Below, in pieces: positions 11,103 to 20,229 of a DNA stretch of 64,000 bases. The stretch covers positions 220-64,219 of the forward strand of contig MHHG01000012.1 of NCBI GenBank assembly GCA_001805965.1. The letters run 5' to 3'. The DNA comes from Omnitrophica WOR_2 bacterium RIFOXYA2_FULL_38_17 (GTDB lineage Bacteria > Omnitrophota > Gorgyraeia > Zapsychrales > Zapsychraceae). The notes beneath the pieces are model-generated. The model was not told the origin of the DNA, made no database searches, and saw nothing but the letters and a program-made list of their open reading frames with translations. Numbering within the stretch: position 1 is the stretch's first letter; the number at the start of each line of letters is the position of its first letter. The translations under genes and the position numbers were made by a program.

Positions 11103-12541
11103 TATTTAACTTTTTTATCGATCAAATTTCCTTTGTGATCAAATAAGCTGACAACTAAGGGCATTTGCCCCATTGCGTGAGTTGCGCAGGATAAACAAGG
11201 ATCGTAGGCACGAATTGCAACTTCAATATGATTTAAAAGGCCTTCTGTGATTTCTGGCTTTCCGCTCAAATAAGTCTGGGCAACTTTCTCTACCGCAGTA
11301 TTCATAGGGACATTATTGTGTGTTGTTGAAACTATCAGGTTACACATTTCGATTTGATCATCTTTATTAACTTTATAGTGGTGGAACAGCGTCCCACGGG
11401 GCGCTTCAATAAGACCAACAGCTTCTTCTCTTCTTTTACCCTTTAATACAAGATCATTGCCTTGTAGGTCAGGATCATTCAGCAGCTCCTGTATCTTCTC
11501 TGCTGAGTGTAATGTTTCTATCATTCTAGTCCAGTGATATGCTAATGAAAGATTATTTGGCTTTCCGCCTGTTATAGCCATAAATTCTTTTCTAGCTTCT
11601 TCAGCTAAAGGAGTATCAATAAAATCACAAGCATTAACACGAGCTAATGGACCAACCCGATACCAGCCTTTTTCATGCCCTAAAGACTTTATGAATGGGA
11701 ATTTCATATATGACCATGATTTAACTTCTTCCGCAATATAATCAACATAATTATTGTAATCAACCTGATCGAATATTTTATTTCCATCTTTATCTATCGC
11801 TCTTAAATTTCCATGATAAAGGTCCATGGCACCATCTTCGCGGATAAGACATAAATGGTTAGAGTCAAAATTAGCAAATTCTTGGGCTAATGAAAGATTT
11901 TCAACAGTATAATCCTTGGCTATCTTTAAAGCGCCTTTTGCCCACTCGAGCATTTGTTCAATATCTTTGAGAAAAACATCTCGTTCTGCTATTGAAAGAT
12001 TCTTATTAACTCCACCCGGGATAGCGCCTGTACCATGAATCTTCTTTCCAGCAGTTGCTTTAATGATCTCTTGTCCATATTTACGCATCATAACACCCTG
12101 GACAGCAAGCCCTGGATATTTTTGAGCTATACCAATAACATTTCTAATCGCCGGATCAGCATCAAAGCCGAATAATAAATCTGGTGAACATAAATGGAAA
12201 AAATGCAAAACGTGTGATTGAAACATCTGGCCATAATGCATTAATCTTCTTATTTTTTCTGCAGTTGGGGTCAATTTATCGACGCCAACAATTCCATCCA
12301 TAGCTTTAGCTGCAGCCAAATGGTGGCTTACAGGGCATATTCCGCATAATCTTTGAACAAGAACTGGAACTTCCCAGTATGGGCGGCCTTTAATAAATCT
12401 CTCAAATCCACGGAATTCAACAATATGCAGACGAGCCTGCTTTATATTGTTTTTTTCATCCAACAAAAGAGACACTTTACCATGTCCCTCAACTCGAGTA
12501 ACTGGTTCAATTATTATTTTTTTTAAGTTACTATCACTCAC
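11102..12541 (-). CDS. hoxH: [NiFe]-hydrogenase large subunit, group 3d
   Basis: EPVTRVEGHGK, L1 RLCGICPVSH, EAPRGTLFH, L2 DPCLSCATH plus a cleavable tail. Confidence 0.95.
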   Translation of the reverse strand: MSDSNLKKIIIEPVTRVEGHGKVSLLLDEKNNIKQARLHIVEFRGFERFIKGRPYWEVPVLVQRLCGICPVSHHLAAAKAMDGIVGVDKLTPTAEKIRRLMHYGQMFQSHVLHFFHLCSPDLLFGFDADPAIRNVIGIAQKYPGLAVQGVMMRKYGQEIIKATAGKKIHGTGAIPGGVNKNLSIAERDVFLKDIEQMLEWAKGALKIAKDYTVENLSLAQEFANFDSNHLCLIREDGAMDLYHGNLRAIDKDGNKIFDQVDYNNYVDYIAEEVKSWSYMKFPFIKSLGHEKGWYRVGPLARVNACDFIDTPLAEEARKEFMAITGGKPNNLSLAYHWTRMIETLHSAEKIQELLNDPDLQGNDLVLKGKRREEAVGLIEAPRGTLFHHYKVNKDDQIEMCNLIVSTTHNNVPMNTAVEKVAQTYLSGKPEITEGLLNHIEVAIRAYDPCLSCATHAMGQMPLVVSLFDHKGNLIDKKVK

Positions 12542-12555
12542 AATAAATCTCCTTA

Positions 12556-13101
12556 TTAATCGTATTTGATCAATTCATATGGTAAATCAACAGGTTTATT
12601 TGTTAATAATGCAACTAAAGCCTCCCAAAGAGTATCTGCTGATGGTGGACAACCAGGCAGGTGATAATCCATCTTTACTACGTGATGACATGGATATACT
12701 TTGTTTAATATCAGTGGAAGTTCTTTATCATTTGGTGTTATATTTTCTGGGTTATATACTGTCGGCCCATCATGATAGGCTTCATCAAAACACTCTTTTA
12801 AAGGAATGTTGTTCCTCATTGCCGGAATACCGCCATCTATTGCACAGTCACCGCAAGAAATAAGAATATCGCAATTTTTTCTGAAATCTTGCAGCACATG
12901 GACATTCTCTTCATTACAGCATCCACCTTCCACAATCCCAACGGCACATCTTCCAGTAAATTTTTTAATGTCATCAACAGGAGATTTATCAAAATCAACT
13001 AGTTCAATAAGTTTGAGAATTCGGTCATCTATGTCTAGTAAAGACATGTGGCAACCGAAACATCCTGCTAAGGAAGTTGTTGCTACTTTTGGTTTTTCCA
13101 T
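12556..13101 (-). CDS. hoxY: NAD-reducing hydrogenase small subunit
   Basis: GCFGCHMS, GDCAIDGG, LPGCPP; short single-cluster small subunit. Confidence 0.93.
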   Translation of the reverse strand: MEKPKVATTSLAGCFGCHMSLLDIDDRILKLIELVDFDKSPVDDIKKFTGRCAVGIVEGGCCNEENVHVLQDFRKNCDILISCGDCAIDGGIPAMRNNIPLKECFDEAYHDGPTVYNPENITPNDKELPLILNKVYPCHHVVKMDYHLPGCPPSADTLWEALVALLTNKPVDLPYELIKYD

Positions 13102-13126
13102 TTTTATACCCTTTGCTTTAAAGCGT

Positions 13127-13831
13127 TTATGATTTTGTTACTTCGATATCTGAACCTATTGGCTGAGTATCGTACAATCTTTTACCGATCGGCACCGCAA
13201 AACCAACCCTTTTTTTGATAATAGCTCCTACAGGACATACATTTGCAGCTTTATCGGTTACTGACATATTTGTTCCAGCCAGCGTATCAGAGTTAACAGC
13301 AATTTTCTTATTTGCTCCGCGCCCTACAAATTCAAAAACTGACTTTCCATCAACATCTCTAGAAGCGTTAACACATCTTCCACAAAGAATGCATCTATTG
13401 CGATCAATAAAAATATCAGGATGGGTAGCATCTAAACTGCGATCAGGAAATTGAAAGGGATATTTTGGCGCACAAATTCCCAAACGATATGCAACTGCCT
13501 GAAGCTCACAATTCCCGCTCTTTTCACAAAACATGCAAAAATGATTTCCCTCAACGAAGAACATATCAATAATATTTCTTCTTTTTTCATTTAATTCATC
13601 AGTGTTGTTCTCAACCTCAACACCTTCCGCAATCGGTTGTGTACATGCTGCCTGAGCGCGCCCGTCAACCTTTACTGTACAAACACGGCAACTACCATGC
13701 GGTGTTAAATCTTTCATATAACATAACCGAGGGATATACACCCCTGCTTTATCAGCTGCCTCCATAATCGTTTGACCCGGACATCCTTTTACATCAACAC
13801 CATCAATTTTAAACGTTATTGTTTTATCCAT
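13127..13831 (-). CDS. hoxU: Diaphorase Fe-S subunit
   Basis: IPRLC..GSCRVC (2Fe-2S), HFCMFCEKSGNCELQ, CILCGRC. Confidence 0.93.
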   Translation of the reverse strand: MDKTITFKIDGVDVKGCPGQTIMEAADKAGVYIPRLCYMKDLTPHGSCRVCTVKVDGRAQAACTQPIAEGVEVENNTDELNEKRRNIIDMFFVEGNHFCMFCEKSGNCELQAVAYRLGICAPKYPFQFPDRSLDATHPDIFIDRNRCILCGRCVNASRDVDGKSVFEFVGRGANKKIAVNSDTLAGTNMSVTDKAANVCPVGAIIKKRVGFAVPIGKRLYDTQPIGSDIEVTKS

Positions 13832-13851
13832 ATTGCAATTCCTTAAATTAA

Positions 13852-15663
13852 TTAATAAATAACTGATTTTCTTCCCTGAAGTGCTTCAGCAACTTCCAAA
13901 GATGCTTTGATATCAAACGTTGGCTGCCTACCGTCTTCATTGGTCTTTAAAACAGCCTCGTATACTTCTCTAAAATTCCTTATACTAGATGTAACAGGAT
14001 TTGGTGACGTCTGGCCCAAACCACAACGACTGGTGACCTTAACTGTGCTACAAAGGTCCTCTAAATATTTAATGTCAGAAGGTTCGCCTTTTCCTTCAAG
14101 TATTTCTTCTATTTTATTCAACAAAAGGACATTGCCAGTGCGGCATGGTGTACAATATCCGCAGCTTTCTTCAACAAAGAACTCTAAGTAACTCTTTACG
14201 ATTTCCAGAATATTGCGGGATGAATTAAATATAACAATTGATCCGCCAGTAGCCAGGTCATCATAGCAAATAATCCTGCCAAAATCCTTTTTGCCAATTA
14301 ACTGCCCAGAAGGTCCTCCAATTAGAACTGCTTTAGTGTCCTTTGCGCCAGCATCCTTTAACATGTCTGACACCTTTACCCCAAAATCATACTCATAGAT
14401 TCCCGGCTTAGAACAATCACCTGAAACACTTAAGATCTTTGTTCCAGTACTTCCTTTTGTTCCAATGACAGAATACCACGCGGCATCTTTTTCTATTATT
14501 CTGGCAACACTACAAAATGTTTCAACGTTGTTTACAGTTGTAGGTGAGGCTAAATATCCTTTTTGTGCCGGGAACGGAGGCCTTGTCTTTGGATCCCCCC
14601 TCAAACCCTCACAAGAACTTATCAATGCAGTTTCTTCACCACAAATATAAGCACCAGCCCCTATTTGAATACGAATATCAAAATTAAAACCATTTTTCCC
14701 GCAAATACTTTTACCTAAAAGACTGGCTTTTTTTCTTTTTGATAATTTGTTTTCTAGGAATGCTTTAAGATAAGAATATTCACCTCGCAAGTAAATGATA
14801 CCGGAATCTGAACCTATACAATACCCGCCGATTGCCATACCTTCACATAACATGTCAAACTTTTCAGTCAGCAATACTCGATCCTTGAAAGTTCCAGGCT
14901 CACCTTCGTCAGCATTACAAACAACATATTTCTTGTTCCCTTTTGCTGCCCTGGTAAATTCCCATTTCATACCCGTAGGAAATCCGGCCCCGCCACGGCC
15001 CCTGAGTTTTGATGATTTGATTATGGAGATAACATCCTCTGGTTTCAGGGTTATAGCTTTTTTTAATCCAGCCTCGGCTACACGCTCAACAAAGATAACT
15101 GAGCCTTTTTTTACTATATTGTTCTTGACCATTGACCTGACAAGCTCATCAGAATTATTACCATCACCAAATTCTTTAGTTAGTGATTCTGGCGATGCCC
15201 CACTCAGCAAAGCCTTTGAAATTGATTTTGCCTTATCTACAGACAAATTAGTGATTGCAACTTCATTAACCAAAATTGCAGGCGCCTGATCGCTTAAACC
15301 TATACATGGAGTATATTCTAATGAAATAGTCCCATCAGCAGAAGTTTGACCAACCTTAATACCTAAAGTTTCACTGAAAGCTTTTGCAATATTATCCGCA
15401 CCCTTCATTAGATCAACAACATCATTACAAATCCTTATAACAATTTTGCCCTTTTCCTCTTTCGAAAGAAAAGAATAGAAAGAAACAACGCTTTCAACAT
15501 CTACTCTTTGAACTTTTACCTGTTTTGCAATAAGTTCCATAGCATCGATAGTAACAGCTCCACAATTTTTCTGTACGGCTATAACAATATCCATTAGCCT
15601 TGCACGGTCGTTACCGCAAGATTCACAAGCTTTTTTGATTATTTGAAATAATTTCTCGCTCAT
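13852..15663 (-). CDS. hoxF: Diaphorase FMN/NADH-binding subunit (NuoE-like plus NuoF-like fusion)
   Basis: RGRGGAGFPTG, NADEGEPGTFKDR, AYICGEETAL, ESCGYCTPCR. The N-terminal NuoE-like domain has degenerate Fe-S ligands. Confidence 0.95.
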   Translation of the reverse strand: MSEKLFQIIKKACESCGNDRARLMDIVIAVQKNCGAVTIDAMELIAKQVKVQRVDVESVVSFYSFLSKEEKGKIVIRICNDVVDLMKGADNIAKAFSETLGIKVGQTSADGTISLEYTPCIGLSDQAPAILVNEVAITNLSVDKAKSISKALLSGASPESLTKEFGDGNNSDELVRSMVKNNIVKKGSVIFVERVAEAGLKKAITLKPEDVISIIKSSKLRGRGGAGFPTGMKWEFTRAAKGNKKYVVCNADEGEPGTFKDRVLLTEKFDMLCEGMAIGGYCIGSDSGIIYLRGEYSYLKAFLENKLSKRKKASLLGKSICGKNGFNFDIRIQIGAGAYICGEETALISSCEGLRGDPKTRPPFPAQKGYLASPTTVNNVETFCSVARIIEKDAAWYSVIGTKGSTGTKILSVSGDCSKPGIYEYDFGVKVSDMLKDAGAKDTKAVLIGGPSGQLIGKKDFGRIICYDDLATGGSIVIFNSSRNILEIVKSYLEFFVEESCGYCTPCRTGNVLLLNKIEEILEGKGEPSDIKYLEDLCSTVKVTSRCGLGQTSPNPVTSSIRNFREVYEAVLKTNEDGRQPTFDIKASLEVAEALQGRKSVIY

Positions 15664-15709
15664 ATAAAACTGTCCTTATTTAAATAGGTGAGTTAATAAA
15701 AATAATTAA

Positions 15710-15727
15710 TTGTGAAATTTATAACGA
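15710..15727. promoter_or_regulatory. Candidate Rex operator upstream of hoxF
   Basis: TTGTGAAATTTATAACGA versus consensus TTGTGAAnnnnTTCACAA. One arm is perfect, it lies just downstream of the predicted promoter, and rex is about 2 kb away. Confidence 0.65.
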
Positions 15728-15742
15728 TTGAATGTTCATCGT

Positions 15743-15770
15743 AATATACATTGTTTAAAAAGATTTTCAA
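15743..15770 (-). promoter_or_regulatory. Predicted sigma70 promoter of the hox operon
   Basis: TTGAAA-N16-TATATT on the minus strand. Confidence 0.45.
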
Positions 15771-15826
15771 GACTTTTTTGATTTAAATTATAAAAAAATA
15801 AGTTTTTAATATCCTAATTTATAAAA

Positions 15827-16264
15827 TTAAAGAGTGCTTCCTAAGATATAATTCTTCATTTCCTTCAAATTAAATTCCTGATCCGATATTATCCTGTTTA
15901 CAATATCACCAATACTTATAATTCCAACTAATTTACCATTATCAATAATTGGTATATGACGGATTTTCTTGTCTGTCATCATAGCCATACACTGGTCTAA
16001 TGTTTCATTAAGTGATGCGGTTATCAGATTAACAGTCATCAAATCAGAAACTTTAGCTTCTTTAATATTTACTTTTCCAGATATTGACCTTCTTGCGTAG
16101 TCCCTTTCTGAAAAAATCCCCTTAATAACACCAGATTCTTCGACAACAACAGCACCTAAATTCTTTTCAGCCATAAGTTTTAATGCACTATAAACAGTTT
16201 GATCAGGCTTTATTGTCCACACATCTGAACCTTTGTCTTGTAGAACTTGCTTTACTGTAAACAT
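15827..16264 (-). CDS. CBS-domain pair protein
   Basis: GIFSERDYAR, IRHIP, GIISIGD. Start set at 16264 from the AGGAGG RBS. Confidence 0.9.
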   Translation of the reverse strand: MFTVKQVLQDKGSDVWTIKPDQTVYSALKLMAEKNLGAVVVEESGVIKGIFSERDYARRSISGKVNIKEAKVSDLMTVNLITASLNETLDQCMAMMTDKKIRHIPIIDNGKLVGIISIGDIVNRIISDQEFNLKEMKNYILGSTL

Positions 16265-16418
16265 GTAAGCCCCTCCTTTCTTAATAAACATGAGTAAAAT
16301 TGTACATTTATTATGTCACTGAAGTAATAAGTGTCAATAAAATATAGATTTGGGGCTTTAAAATATCTATTTATGTAAATAAATACAAATAAGGGAAAAA
16401 TTATTCAATTTAACAATA

Positions 16419-17102
16419 CTATTCTTCCGTTACAAATCTCGCTTGTTGTCCAACTGATTGACTGCGTTTTTCCTTCAGCCAGAAAATCCATTCATCCATG
16501 CCTGCTGATGTTTTTGAGGAAATTTCAAGGAAAGTCACGTTCGCGTTTAGCTTGGCAATATCGTCTTTGACCTTTTTAATATCAAAATCCAAAATCCCCA
16601 GAAGGTCCGATTTAGTCAATAAAACAATATCCGCAACCCTGAAAGTAGTCGGATACTTGGCAACTTTATCGTCTCCTTCGGGAACACTTAAAAGCACAAC
16701 TTTAAGATTTTCACCAAGGTCAAATTCGCCGGGACATACAAGATTACCAACATTTTCAATAAAAACATAATCAGCTTCATCTATGGCTAAGTCCTTAAGG
16801 CTTTCTGAAACTTGATTAGCATAAAGGTGACAACTCATGCCAGTATTTATCTGAACTGCCCTTAGGGCTATTCCAGATACACGGTCAGCATCTCTAGTTG
16901 TCTGAAGGTCGCCAACAATAACAATAGATTTTTGTTCTTTAAGGGCAGGGATCGTTTTTTCCAGAAGGGTCGTTTTTCCACTTCCGGGAGAACTTATGAT
17001 ATTTAATGCTAGCACCTTTGCCTTATTAAAAATCTTTCTATTTTCATTCGCGACAATATCATTCGCTTTTAAAACATTCTTAACCACGTTAACTTTCATC
17101 AT
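16419..17102 (-). CDS. hypB: Hydrogenase nickel incorporation GTPase HypB
   Basis: SSPGSGKTT, QINTGMSCHL, ENVGNLVCP, EGDDKVAKYP, TKSDL; no His-rich N-terminus. Confidence 0.96.
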   Translation of the reverse strand: MMKVNVVKNVLKANDIVANENRKIFNKAKVLALNIISSPGSGKTTLLEKTIPALKEQKSIVIVGDLQTTRDADRVSGIALRAVQINTGMSCHLYANQVSESLKDLAIDEADYVFIENVGNLVCPGEFDLGENLKVVLLSVPEGDDKVAKYPTTFRVADIVLLTKSDLLGILDFDIKKVKDDIAKLNANVTFLEISSKTSAGMDEWIFWLKEKRSQSVGQQARFVTEE

Positions 17103-17191
17103 AAAACTCTCTTTCTCTGGGTGCTATAAAACCTACTAATGTTTTCAAATAAAACTCTTAGAAAATGAATGTATTCTTAGCAAGGTTAACT

Positions 17192-17536
17192 TTATTTATC
17201 ACCTATAATCGCTTTAAGAATTATTTCATTTCCTTTTAATGTCTTAACATCTGCAAGATTACAGTTTTTACATAAAAAATCATCTATTGCTGGTTCAAAC
17301 TGACTTTTACATTTATTGCAAACAACTAAAGCCGGCACTTCTAAAATCGTTAAAACAGCATTTTCACATATAGTGTTTAATTTGACAGATTCGAAAGCTT
17401 CTTGCATAACTTCCGGGATAACTTGACGCAGCACACCAGTTTCCAGTTGGATTTCATCTATCTTGACCAATTTGTTTACTCTTGCAACATCCTCTATTTG
17501 ATCCATCAAGCTTATAACAATAGACAACTCGTGCAT
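17192..17536 (-). CDS. hypA: Hydrogenase nickel metallochaperone HypA
   Basis: MHELSI N-terminus and two CxxC motifs. Confidence 0.95.
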   Translation of the reverse strand: MHELSIVISLMDQIEDVARVNKLVKIDEIQLETGVLRQVIPEVMQEAFESVKLNTICENAVLTILEVPALVVCNKCKSQFEPAIDDFLCKNCNLADVKTLKGNEIILKAIIGDK

Positions 17537-17557
17537 TTAATTATTCCTGGAATATTC

Positions 17558-18169
17558 TTACTGAATATCGCAAAAAAGTGACAAAAATTCAATTGTTAGG
17601 TCAATGTTCTTAACAATAATTTCTTTGGGCACAGTTACTGTTGTCGGAGTAAAATTAACTATGCCTTTCAAACCGCTCTTTATAATGATATCTGCAACCT
17701 TTTGACTGTATTCGACCGGAACTGCAATAATCCCAATTTCGACATGCGAACTTGCAATTATTTTTTGTGCTTCTGATATTGAATAAATACTTACACCATT
17801 AATTTCTGTACCGATTTTTTTCTTATCGGTATCAAAAGCCGCCACCAACTTTACTTTGTCCTGGTGAAAACCCGGGTACTTCAACAATGCGGAGCCTAAA
17901 TTCCCCACACCGAACAATACTGCATGAACAATGTTTTGTAAAATATAATTCTCGAGAACTTGTTTTAATTCAGCTGTTCTATATCCTATTCTTGGCCGGC
18001 CTACTTTACCAAAATTGGAAATATCTTTTCTGATCTGCACATCAGATAAACCTGTTATTAACGCTAATTGGCTGGATGAAACAACTTCTTTTCTAGACTC
18101 GAGAAGCTGCGCAAGCGTTCGAATATATACTAAGGCCCTACTTATTGTCCTTTGAGGAAATTTTTTCAA
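17558..18169 (-). CDS. rex: Redox-sensing transcriptional repressor Rex
   Basis: wHTH (VSSSQLA...QIRKDISNFG...GY), GVGNLG Rossmann motif, IIAVP, IVNFTP. Confidence 0.93.
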   Translation of the reverse strand: MKKFPQRTISRALVYIRTLAQLLESRKEVVSSSQLALITGLSDVQIRKDISNFGKVGRPRIGYRTAELKQVLENYILQNIVHAVLFGVGNLGSALLKYPGFHQDKVKLVAAFDTDKKKIGTEINGVSIYSISEAQKIIASSHVEIGIIAVPVEYSQKVADIIIKSGLKGIVNFTPTTVTVPKEIIVKNIDLTIEFLSLFCDIQ

Positions 18170-18209
18170 ATATTGTTACTCCTTTATGATATTCTGTAAC
18201 GATTAGGTC

Positions 18210-18238
18210 ATTATAAGCTTTAATAGTCGTCACTTCAA
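18210..18238 (-). promoter_or_regulatory. Predicted sigma70 promoter of rex-hypA-hypB
   Basis: TTGAAG-N17-TATAAT on the minus strand. Confidence 0.55.
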
Positions 18239-18266
18239 GAACAAATAAATTAACTATGCTTTTTTA

Positions 18267-19226
18267 TCAAACGAATAACTTCCAGCACTTATGAATATTT
18301 TTATTCCTATAGTCTTCAGGTATAGTTCTTGGCGTTAATTCATGTATATGGTCAATAGGCAAATTATCCATACGCGGCTCAAAACATTGATGATTTGTAG
18401 AAAAAAACACTATCGATCTAGGAGCCATTAATTTTAAGACTTTTTTAATTAAATCCGGGTGATCTTCATTAACATCAAATGACTTGCCTGCCGCATTATC
18501 CTTAAAAAAAGAAGGTGGATCAATAACAGCTAAAGAAAAACGTCTTTTTTCTTTTGCTGCATTAAATAAAAATTCATAAACATCTGATTTCACCATTATG
18601 TGCTGTTCAGTATTGATCCCATTGAGCTTTAGATTATCCTTTGCCCAAGTTACATTTGTATCAGAGCGATCAACACTAATGCTGGAAACAGCTCCGCCTA
18701 AAGCAGCTGCACAAGTAAAAGCTCCAGTATAAGAGAACAAATTAAGGAAGTCTTTACCTTCTGCATTTTTCTTAACTATTGCCCTTGTTTCTCTATGATC
18801 AGAATATAACCCTGTATCTAAAAAATCACTTAGATTGACTTTGAATCTCAAGTCACCCTCATTTACAACCAGACAATCCTCTTTACTATCTATCCTGCTA
18901 TAACGTATTTCATTTTCTGTTTTAGTCCGCCTTTTTTTAATATATATTTTCTCTTTAGGGACATCCAATGTTTTACCAATAACATTTGCCATTTCCTTAA
19001 GCCAATAGTCACTACTCTGCTTTCTCACATATTCTGCAATAACAAGATGTCCTGCGTACCAGTCAACAACTAAGCGAATTTCAGGTATATCCCAGTCATA
19101 CAAACGAAAACAATCTATATTTTTGCGAGCAAATCTCTTTTTCAAATGCAAATATCTTTTGCGAATTCTATTTGATAATATTTCTGAATGCTGCGCAATC
19201 TTTTCTGAAGTAATAAATGCTGTCAA
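18267..19226 (-). CDS. Stand-alone RlmK/RlmI-like 23S rRNA SAM methyltransferase
   Basis: FRLYDWDIPE, DTGLYSDHR, LNLFSYTG, IDPPSF. Confidence 0.8.
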   Translation of the reverse strand: MTAFITSEKIAQHSEILSNRIRKRYLHLKKRFARKNIDCFRLYDWDIPEIRLVVDWYAGHLVIAEYVRKQSSDYWLKEMANVIGKTLDVPKEKIYIKKRRTKTENEIRYSRIDSKEDCLVVNEGDLRFKVNLSDFLDTGLYSDHRETRAIVKKNAEGKDFLNLFSYTGAFTCAAALGGAVSSISVDRSDTNVTWAKDNLKLNGINTEQHIMVKSDVYEFLFNAAKEKRRFSLAVIDPPSFFKDNAAGKSFDVNEDHPDLIKKVLKLMAPRSIVFFSTNHQCFEPRMDNLPIDHIHELTPRTIPEDYRNKNIHKCWKLFV

Positions 19227-20227
19227 TGTAAACCACCATCAAATATAAAGTCTATCTTCTCTTTAAGTTTATTGGCAACAAACAACCTTCCTTTATCAAT
19301 AAGGTGCTCATTTGGCGAAAAATCTCCCTTCAAATCAGTTCTCCAGCTAAAATAGCTTGCTTTTAAGGTTAAACTTAAATCAATGATATCAAATCCTTCT
19401 TTGCTTGCTATTTTCTTTATAACAGAAACATTATCATTAATTCTTCTTTGAAATTCTGGCCCAACTGCTTTGTTCCCAGATTCATAATCAATTGGAGTTA
19501 CATAAAAAATGACGTTAATATTGTTTAACTTAGCCATTTTATTAATTCTCAACATTGAGCTTATTTTTCTATGTTCTTTTCCAAGAGAATACATGTAATG
19601 AAAGATAAATTTATCTTTAATATACTTTTCCGATTTCCAATCGCTATAACGCCGTGACAGAAATTCCTTTACCCTTCCCACAGCTTTATCTCCGTTATAA
19701 ACAATTGCATTGTTATAATCATGATCTTTTATTTTCGGCAAGAACAGCTTAAAAACCGCAAGCGGCTTATAAAACACTCTAAATATCCAGTTATTGTAAT
19801 TCTTCATAGCAATATTCTCTTCTTCAAATTGATATCCTGGATTCATGTTCCACTGAGGTGAAAAACTGCGCATATTTATTGGAATGATCAGGATCTTTAC
19901 ATTCTTGTGTTCAGCTATAAAAAACCTAATCATGTTTTCATATAAATCCAGATGATATGCAGGACTATTAAACTCATGCAAACTTAACTGCGGGTAAAAT
20001 CCTGAAAGTATTTTAAAAATTGATTTATCAATGTCGTCTTCTTTTGCATGAAAATAAACTGAGCTGTCGCCAAACCCCACAATATCATTCTCCTTTTGCA
20101 ATTCTTTGCTCAGCATATTTACAATTGCAGGAAATTCCTGGGGAAGAATCAAATAAAATACACATTGAAGCAATAACAATACTAAAAGTATTAGGAGTAA
20201 CTTGAATATAAATCTGTTTAAATTCAT
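19223..20227 (-). CDS. Membrane-anchored SGNH-like (AlgJ/DltD-type) protein
   Basis: N-terminal TM, GFGDSS, late NEHL; follows an MBOAT gene. Start moved to 20227 to remove an 85-bp overlap. Confidence 0.6.
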   Translation of the reverse strand: MNLNRFIFKLLLILLVLLLLQCVFYLILPQEFPAIVNMLSKELQKENDIVGFGDSSVYFHAKEDDIDKSIFKILSGFYPQLSLHEFNSPAYHLDLYENMIRFFIAEHKNVKILIIPINMRSFSPQWNMNPGYQFEEENIAMKNYNNWIFRVFYKPLAVFKLFLPKIKDHDYNNAIVYNGDKAVGRVKEFLSRRYSDWKSEKYIKDKFIFHYMYSLGKEHRKISSMLRINKMAKLNNINVIFYVTPIDYESGNKAVGPEFQRRINDNVSVIKKIASKEGFDIIDLSLTLKASYFSWRTDLKGDFSPNEHLIDKGRLFVANKLKEKIDFIFDGGLH

Positions 20228-20229
20228 AA

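Noticed and set aside
11102-13831. Possible selenocysteine or stop-codon recoding in hydrogenase subunits
   Set aside because: Metal-binding motifs use Cys (RLCGIC, DPCLSC) and the genes are full length in the standard code.
18184-18202. Second Rex-like site TTATGAT-ATTCT-GTAACGA upstream of rex
   Set aside because: The arms resemble the hoxF box but are spaced 1 bp too far apart (19 versus 18 bp). Autoregulation is possible but not supported well enough.
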